This document shows, in pieces, positions 59,801 through 64,000 of a stretch of DNA of 64,000 nucleotides (its first letter is position 1; each line of letters begins with the position of its first letter). Source of the stretch: Chloroflexota bacterium (GTDB taxonomy: Bacteria > Chloroflexota > Dehalococcoidia > SM23-28-2 > RBG-16-64-32). Below the pieces are notes generated by a model. It was given only the letters and a program-made list of their open reading frames with translations, had not been told where the DNA came from and did not search any database. The DNA lies in the NCBI GenBank assembly GCA_037441345.1, contig JBBISJ010000001.1, positions 67,660 to 131,659 on the forward strand, in the 5' to 3' direction. Both the position numbers and the translations under genes were made by a program.

Positions 59801-59940
59801 TCTTCACAGAGCACGGCGGTTACGTCCGCGAAGAAACGCTGTCCGACCGAATCCTGGAAGGCTCCGGGCCCGGGGGCGCGGCCTCCGAAACAGCGAAGAT
59901 CGATGGGCACGAGGTGACGCTGGCGGTGGTGAAGGCGTAG
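56812..59940 (+). CDS. ileS: isoleucine--tRNA ligase
   Basis: start MFKPVDSRQSFP; HVGH-type (PPTANGAPGVHHVLS) and KMSKS (KMSTS) motifs, zinc knuckle CPRCGTSL. Confidence 0.95.
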   Translation: MFKPVDSRQSFPKLEEEVLRFWKDNDIFRKSVDSRPKDRLYVFYEGPPTANGAPGVHHVLSRAFKDLFPRYKTMRGYRVPRKAGWDTHGLPVELQVERELGLKSKPEIEEFGIEEFNRRCRENVFRYVKDWEALTERMAFWVDLDDAYITYDNEYIESVWWFVRNLWDNGLLYLDYRSTPHCPRCGTSLSDAEVALGYKEDTPDPSIYPMFRLTDQALQSLSSGGQGPSPDRPACILAWTTTPWTLPGNTALAVDPSSEYAVFDLGGKQIILAAARAEEMPEEATRLGSVRGSDLVGLKYEPLFEPEAWGVQAMTFDRAQSGRLVPAKVAEVEAAYTILPGGFVSMEDGTGVVHIAPAFGGEDFQLGKDNGLLFFQPVDLHGCMPQGSPWAGQFVKDADAAITADLTERGLMLRSGTIKHTYPFCWRCDTPLLYYAKPTWYARTTAVKESLIAGNDRINWFPEHIKTGRFGDWLRNNIDWALSRERYWGTPLPIWQCTSCGDHAVIGSRADMRERAVDPAAVDALQDFHRPYIDAIELKCGGCGGAMKRLPEVMDAWLDSGAMPFAQWHYPFENQDRFREMFPADFICEAVDQTRGWFYTLHAEAVLLHRTEQASENLCYRNVICLGHILDDKGRKMSTSLGNVVEPMPVMDHHGSDALRWYLYTATRPGEPRRFSDQLVAESLRRFLLTYWNTYSFFVTYANLDGFDPAAPSAHPGVSKDDLSELDRWVLSELNNLVQRVTENLEHYDPTTAGRLVQDFVDDLSNWYVRRSRRRFWRGELDADKLAAYRTLYTCLITVAKLLAPFTPFLAEAVYQNLVRSADAAAPESVHLCEWPEADTALIDERLMADTRLVMRASSLVRAARQKAQMKVRQPLASATAFVLTTQQKQALERLADQVVEETNVKELRVKALVEEFKTTYERPGDLLKLVGDGHAIAEDDAGYAVAVDTRLSEELRDEGLSRELVHRIQNLRKAAGFEISDRIVVYYSGSDRLGRVFTEHGGYVREETLSDRILEGSGPGGAASETAKIDGHEVTLAVVKA

Positions 59941-59944
59941 GCCG

Positions 59945-60553
59945 CTACGCAGGCTGTCCGGCGCCGGGTGCAGCCGTCGACATGTCCAGGTCGAACGGCG
60001 GGTACTCGTCGACCAGCGATCCGTGGTACGCCAGCAGGCGCGCGCCCCAGCGCACAACGCCGGTGTGGAACGCGTACAGCCCGTCCGGGTAGTTCTCGCG
60101 GACCAGCACGAACACCGCCGCGATAATCGCCGTGATCGTCGCCGCAACGCTCAGAAGCGCCAGCACCAGCGCGCTCGGGATCGAGGTAATGAGCCGCATC
60201 AAGGCCGATCCGGTTGTCGGCGAACCCGATGCCGCGACCTCGTAGTGCGCGCCGGCTGGCGGATCCTCCGTCGGGATCCTGTCCGTCAGCAAAGTCAGAT
60301 ACGCGTCGAAAGCGACGATCCAGTGCAGGACGCGCTTGATCTGGACTGCCCCCTCGTCATGGAAGCGCTCCTTGTCGCGCGAAACGAGGGCAGCCGCGCC
60401 AACCGGAAGAACGAGGTAGATCAGGCCCACGACCCAGGTGAAGGCGAGGAACACCGAAATCACGACCAGGATCAGCAGCCGCAGGAACACGTGCGGCCGC
60501 TCGAACCGGTCCGGCCGCGTGACAGCGAAGATGACAGGGTAAGGATCGTTCAT
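59945..60553 (-). CDS. DUF4389 domain membrane protein
   Basis: characteristic two-TM architecture and RF/HWIVAFDAYLTLLTDRIP pattern. Confidence 0.55.
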   Translation of the reverse strand: MNDPYPVIFAVTRPDRFERPHVFLRLLILVVISVFLAFTWVVGLIYLVLPVGAAALVSRDKERFHDEGAVQIKRVLHWIVAFDAYLTLLTDRIPTEDPPAGAHYEVAASGSPTTGSALMRLITSIPSALVLALLSVAATITAIIAAVFVLVRENYPDGLYAFHTGVVRWGARLLAYHGSLVDEYPPFDLDMSTAAPGAGQPA

Positions 60554-61137
60554 GACAGCGGCGGGTCCTTACGGAAGAACTCCCGCGAAATCCGGGACGG
60601 CGTCGGGCCGGTCTGCCCCTGGTACTTCGAGCCCAGAGCAGGGCTACCGTACGGCCGGTCCACGGGCGTCGTGAGCGTGATGAAGCTGATCTGCGCGATC
60701 CGCATGCCGTAGTAGAGCGCGATCGGCATCTGCGACTGGTTGGACAGCTCCAGCGTTAGCTTGCCCGTCCAGCCCGGGTCGACATAACCTGCCGTCGCGT
60801 GCACCAGCAACCCGAGGCGCCCCAGCGACGACTTCCCATCGACGCGCGCCACGATGTCTTCCGGGATCGTGATCGTCTCCATCGTCGAGCCCAGGCAAAA
60901 CGTGCCGGGGTGGATCACGAACGGCTCCTCCGGCAGGATCTCAACCAGCTCGGTCAGGTCTTCCATCGGCTGCTGCACGTCCACGTACGGCCGGCTTGTC
61001 ACCCGGAAGATGCGGAACACCCAGTCCAGGCGCAGGTCTACGGAGGCCGGCTGGATTGCGTCTTCGTCCAGCGGGTCGATGCCAAGCCGGCCCGCCTCCA
61101 GCGCTTCCTTGATGCTGTGGTCGCTCAGGACGCTCAC
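60550..61137 (-). CDS. dcd: dCTP deaminase
   Basis: MSVLSDHSIKE…PASVDLRL… dUTPase-fold signature. Confidence 0.85.
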   Translation of the reverse strand: MSVLSDHSIKEALEAGRLGIDPLDEDAIQPASVDLRLDWVFRIFRVTSRPYVDVQQPMEDLTELVEILPEEPFVIHPGTFCLGSTMETITIPEDIVARVDGKSSLGRLGLLVHATAGYVDPGWTGKLTLELSNQSQMPIALYYGMRIAQISFITLTTPVDRPYGSPALGSKYQGQTGPTPSRISREFFRKDPPLS

Positions 61138-61268
61138 GGTTTCAAGGTCAAGGGTTTGGGGTCACAGGTCAAGGGCCAAAAGCACCGCAGGGGCGCCTAC
61201 CGTAGCGGACGCCCCTGCGACCCGGGCAATGCCTCAATACCTCAGCTCATGACCCGTGACCCTGGACC

Positions 61269-62270
61269 CTACTGGATCGCGTACGTCACCGAAACCTGGA
61301 CGAACACGCTGACGTCGCTCGCCTGACCCTCGGCGTAGGCGACGCCGCCCAGCGGGTACGGGCCGATGTAGCCGCCATCGCACGGCGTGCCGCCGTAAGG
61401 CGAGTACGAGTAGTTGCTGGCGCCGGTCACGTCGCCGAGCCCGACACCCAGCACGCTGGCGAGCTCCTGGCCCCGCGCGCTCGCGTCCTCGACAGCTGCC
61501 TCCATCGCTGCGCGCTCGAGGGCCGTGCAGTCATCCAGCGTGTATGAGACGTTGGTGCTCTGGAGCTGGACGTTCGGGATGCTGCCGGCGATATCCCGCA
61601 CGGCGCCGACGGCCGCCTCCACGGCGTCCAGGTTCGTCACTGTCGCCCGGATCGTCGCGCTGGCGTAGTACATGTCGTAGTACGACTGCCCGATGAACTC
61701 GATTTCCTCGCGGGCGATTCCCGCGCCGACGAGCGCGTCGATCACAGGCTGCAACTCGGCCTCGGTGATCGGCGTGACCTGGCCGCTCTGGACCGCGACG
61801 TCGGGGGCTGGTTCCACGCCCGTTGACGACCCTGATGATCCGCTGCCGTCAGATGACCGCGTGCCGTCGGGCTTGACCTCACCGTCGCCGCTCCGCCCGA
61901 AGTAGAACTCAATGATCGCGGTGTCCGCCGCTGCGGTTGCGGATCCGTAGCCGACCACCGTGATCCCGTCGTTGCTCTGCTGGAGCGCGAGCTCCGGGTA
62001 CGGGGCGAACGGGCTGAACTCTCGGTCCGCCCCGGCCATATCGCCGCCCAGCCCCGCCGCCGGTGGTGCGAACGGGTTGGCCGCGCCGTCGTCCGAGGCG
62101 CCGCCGCCTGTCTCGCTGCTCCGGCCCAGGTTCTGGCTGGCTGCCGCCACCACGAGCCCCTTCTGTGTGCGAATCTCAGACACCTGGTCTTCGCCACCGC
62201 CTCCGCCGCAGGCGACCCCCAGGATCAACACCAGTACCCCTGCCGCGGCTGCCAGATACTTGCCTTTCAT
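61269..62270 (-). CDS. SIMPL-domain (DUF541) lipoprotein
   Basis: start MKGKYLAAAAGVLVLILGVACGG with AAAGGAGG SD; SIMPL-like C-terminal region; ORF-track 605-aa frame upstream is run-on. Confidence 0.6.
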   Translation of the reverse strand: MKGKYLAAAAGVLVLILGVACGGGGGEDQVSEIRTQKGLVVAAASQNLGRSSETGGGASDDGAANPFAPPAAGLGGDMAGADREFSPFAPYPELALQQSNDGITVVGYGSATAAADTAIIEFYFGRSGDGEVKPDGTRSSDGSGSSGSSTGVEPAPDVAVQSGQVTPITEAELQPVIDALVGAGIAREEIEFIGQSYYDMYYASATIRATVTNLDAVEAAVGAVRDIAGSIPNVQLQSTNVSYTLDDCTALERAAMEAAVEDASARGQELASVLGVGLGDVTGASNYSYSPYGGTPCDGGYIGPYPLGGVAYAEGQASDVSVFVQVSVTYAIQ

Positions 62271-62334
62271 CACGAACCTCCTTTTCTGGCCCTTGCCCTG
62301 AAGCGATACGAACATCTGTGAAAGCTGTCCCTCG

Positions 62335-63120
62335 TCAATTTCGCCTCGCTTTCCGCGCAACGAGCACACTGCCTCCCGCGGTCGCCACGGCCCCTGCGAG
62401 CAACACTGCCTCCAGGATGCGCAGGCCGCTGTTGTCGTCGCCGGTCGCTTCCGCTCGAAGCTCCTCGGCTTCTGAACCTCCTGAATCATCGCCGACCGAG
62501 TCGTAGGAATTTGATTGCGTGACCTGATCCGTCGGCGGCGCATATTCGCCGGTCGGCTGGCGGTCCTCGCCGTCCGCTTCCGTTGCCGCAGGCGATGGCT
62601 CACTCCCGACTCCGCCCGGCGCCGGCGTGGAGGTACTGTATAGCTCACCCCCGGCGTCGGCCCCGCCGCCCATGGCGTCCGGGGCAGCCGGAGCAGCCGG
62701 AACACCGTCAGTTGTCGTCTTCGTGTCTGTTGCCGCCTCCATTTGCCTGTCGTCGCTTGAGTTGCCACCGCCGGGCTCCTGGCTGGCGTCGATGAAGACC
62801 ACCAGTGCCAGCGCCAGCGCCAGGCCGGCGCTCGCCATCCGCAGACCCATCCCCAGCGGCATCGCCGCGGGTTTTCCCGCCGTGGGGGTAGCCCGGCCGA
62901 CCATCTCCGGCGTGAGCGCGAAAGAGCGCGGAACTGCTTCCACCGGCGAACGCTGAAGGAGCGACCGGATTTCCCGCTGGACTTCGACGTCGGCGCGGCA
63001 GGCCTCGCAGGATACGAGATGCTCTTCGACGCGGCGGGCCTTGTCTGGTTCGAGCCGGCCGTCGGCAAAAGCGGCGAGGTCGCCATGCGGGTGGCGCCGG
63101 AAGATTGAAAATGGGCTCAT
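62335..63120 (-). CDS. membrane-anchored zf-HC2 anti-sigma factor
   Basis: HLVSCEACRADV zinc motif, one TM helix, acidic extracytoplasmic tail; ATGA overlap with sigma gene. Confidence 0.7.
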   Translation of the reverse strand: MSPFSIFRRHPHGDLAAFADGRLEPDKARRVEEHLVSCEACRADVEVQREIRSLLQRSPVEAVPRSFALTPEMVGRATPTAGKPAAMPLGMGLRMASAGLALALALVVFIDASQEPGGGNSSDDRQMEAATDTKTTTDGVPAAPAAPDAMGGGADAGGELYSTSTPAPGGVGSEPSPAATEADGEDRQPTGEYAPPTDQVTQSNSYDSVGDDSGGSEAEELRAEATGDDNSGLRILEAVLLAGAVATAGGSVLVARKARRN

Positions 63121-63728
63121 CTGTTCTCACCACTAGGACGGAAGCGGTCCGGCAAAAGTTCCCCGGCCTGTTCAGTCAGTAGTTCGCGCAGCCGCAGCCG
63201 GCCCCTGTTGATGCGCGACTTCACCGTCCCCAGGGAAGCGCGCGTGACCGCCGCGATCTCCGCGTACTCGAGTCCATGGACGTCGCAGAGCACGACCGCC
63301 GTCCGCTGTTCGATGGGCAGCCCGGCCAGCGCGCGGTTGAGCGCCGCCCGCAGTTCCGCCTGCTGCGCGTGCGCCTCCAGCGGCGGGGCGCAGTCCACGG
63401 CCTCTATCCGGCGTTCGCCGTCCCCGGTGGGCTCATCCAGGGAAACGGCCGGCCGGGACTTCCGCCGACGCATCTCGTCGTAGCAGGCGTTGCAGGCGAT
63501 CCGGTATAGCCACGAACGGAACACACCGTCGCGAAACCCGCCCAGGCTCCGGAATGCCGCTATAAAGGCATCCTGCGCCGCATCTTCCGCGGCCACGCGC
63601 GATCCAAGTATGCGCAGGCAGAGGTTGTAGACGGCTGTCTGGTAATGCTCAACGAGGAGATTGAAGGCACCGAGGTCGCCTTCGCGTGCGCGCGCCAGTA
63701 GCTGGGGTTCGTCGGGCCGCGTTTCCAC
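63117..63728 (-). CDS. ECF-subfamily RNA polymerase sigma factor
   Basis: region 2 (LLVEHYQTAVYNLCLRILG…DAFIAAF) and region 4 HTH; GTG start 63728 inferred. Confidence 0.8.
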   Translation of the reverse strand: METRPDEPQLLARAREGDLGAFNLLVEHYQTAVYNLCLRILGSRVAAEDAAQDAFIAAFRSLGGFRDGVFRSWLYRIACNACYDEMRRRKSRPAVSLDEPTGDGERRIEAVDCAPPLEAHAQQAELRAALNRALAGLPIEQRTAVVLCDVHGLEYAEIAAVTRASLGTVKSRINRGRLRLRELLTEQAGELLPDRFRPSGENR

Positions 63729-63857
63729 CTGCCGCCATTCTAGACGGCTCTGAGTCCTGCCCACCACGGGAAAATGGACTGTTCTGGTCCGCCAAACGAA
63801 ACCATCCACCCTTGAGTTACGTCTATCCAGTGAGGCCAGAGCTATAATGACAATTGC

Positions 63858-64000
63858 ATGACCCCCTTCGAAGACGTCGATCACCCCTTTTCCGCGCGTA
63901 AGGTTCGCGGAGAAGGGGAAACTGAAGCCACCTTCGATCCGCTGTTCATTCCCTGGGACGAACCGTATGCCCCCGTGGAGTCGGCGGCAGATGATCCCTT
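63858..64000 (+). CDS. partial CDS (N-terminal 47 codons), unknown function
   Basis: ATG 63858 preceded by TATAAT 9 nt upstream (possible leaderless transcript); runs off window. Confidence 0.25.
   Translation, partial: MTPFEDVDHPFSARKVRGEGETEATFDPLFIPWDEPYAPVESAADDP

Noticed and set aside
61269-63086. 605-aa ORF-track model for the SIMPL gene
   Set aside because: The N-terminal ~270 residues are Arg/Pro-rich run-on overlapping the anti-sigma gene on the same strand in another frame; an SD and lipoprotein signal peptide support the internal start at 62270.

Overview
High-GC (~65%) bacterial chromosomal window with genes on both strands. I can support about 75 protein genes and two tRNA genes (tRNA-Met CAT on the + strand, tRNA-Val TAC on the - strand). 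I found no rRNA, CRISPR array, transposase or integrase.

Main blocks, in order:
- A vapBC-like PIN pair at the window edge, then LemA/HtpX-M48, a GNAT acetyltransferase, an F420-type nitroreductase and recJ.
- An SDR gene followed by two unusual mini CoA-transferase paralogs.
- A complete secretin-less Tad/Flp pilus locus (8040-17355): tadV, flp, tadE, tadG, an embedded cupredoxin-like lipoprotein, cpaB, cpaE, cpaF, tadB, tadC.
- A SinR/SlrR/SinI-like regulator triad directly after the Tad locus, and a convergent secreted M23-peptidase/vWA/Pro-Thr-rich protein.
- aspS; a peptide-type ABC importer (binding protein plus two permeases, no ATPase gene); tig-clpP-clpX; tRNA-Met; an alpha-hydroxy-acid dehydrogenase; a DMT transporter; an OmpR/histidine-kinase pair.
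- tRNA-Val with tandem tRNA-5'-half-derived repeats flanking a GIY-YIG nuclease gene.
- A CaCA antiporter; a methylmalonyl-CoA mutase catalytic subunit; an F420/PPOX-family gene; tandem DfsB/ClbS-like and VOC/epimerase paralogs; a methyltransferase.
- nadA and nadB split by a second vapBC-like pair.
- M20 amidohydrolase, cyclase, GH38 mannosidase, PHP hydrolase, nagA, a CDGSH protein, a zinc-ribbon protein, an LPXTG beta-propeller surface protein.
- ileS with a T-box leader; dcd; a SIMPL lipoprotein; an ECF sigma/anti-sigma pair.

The LPXTG sorting signal, the missing Tad secretin and the F420-family enzymes suggest a monoderm Actinobacteria- or Chloroflexi-like organism.

Most novel-looking signals:
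- The SinR/SlrR/SinI-like triad fused to the Tad operon.
- The tRNA-Val 5'-half tandem repeats (with a hairpin inserted in the D-loop) and the promoter-like element that flank a GIY-YIG gene, together with two further GIY-YIG genes near tRNA or leader elements.
- A family of three ~130-nt structured repeats sitting in the 5' regions of small oxidoreductase/DfsB genes.
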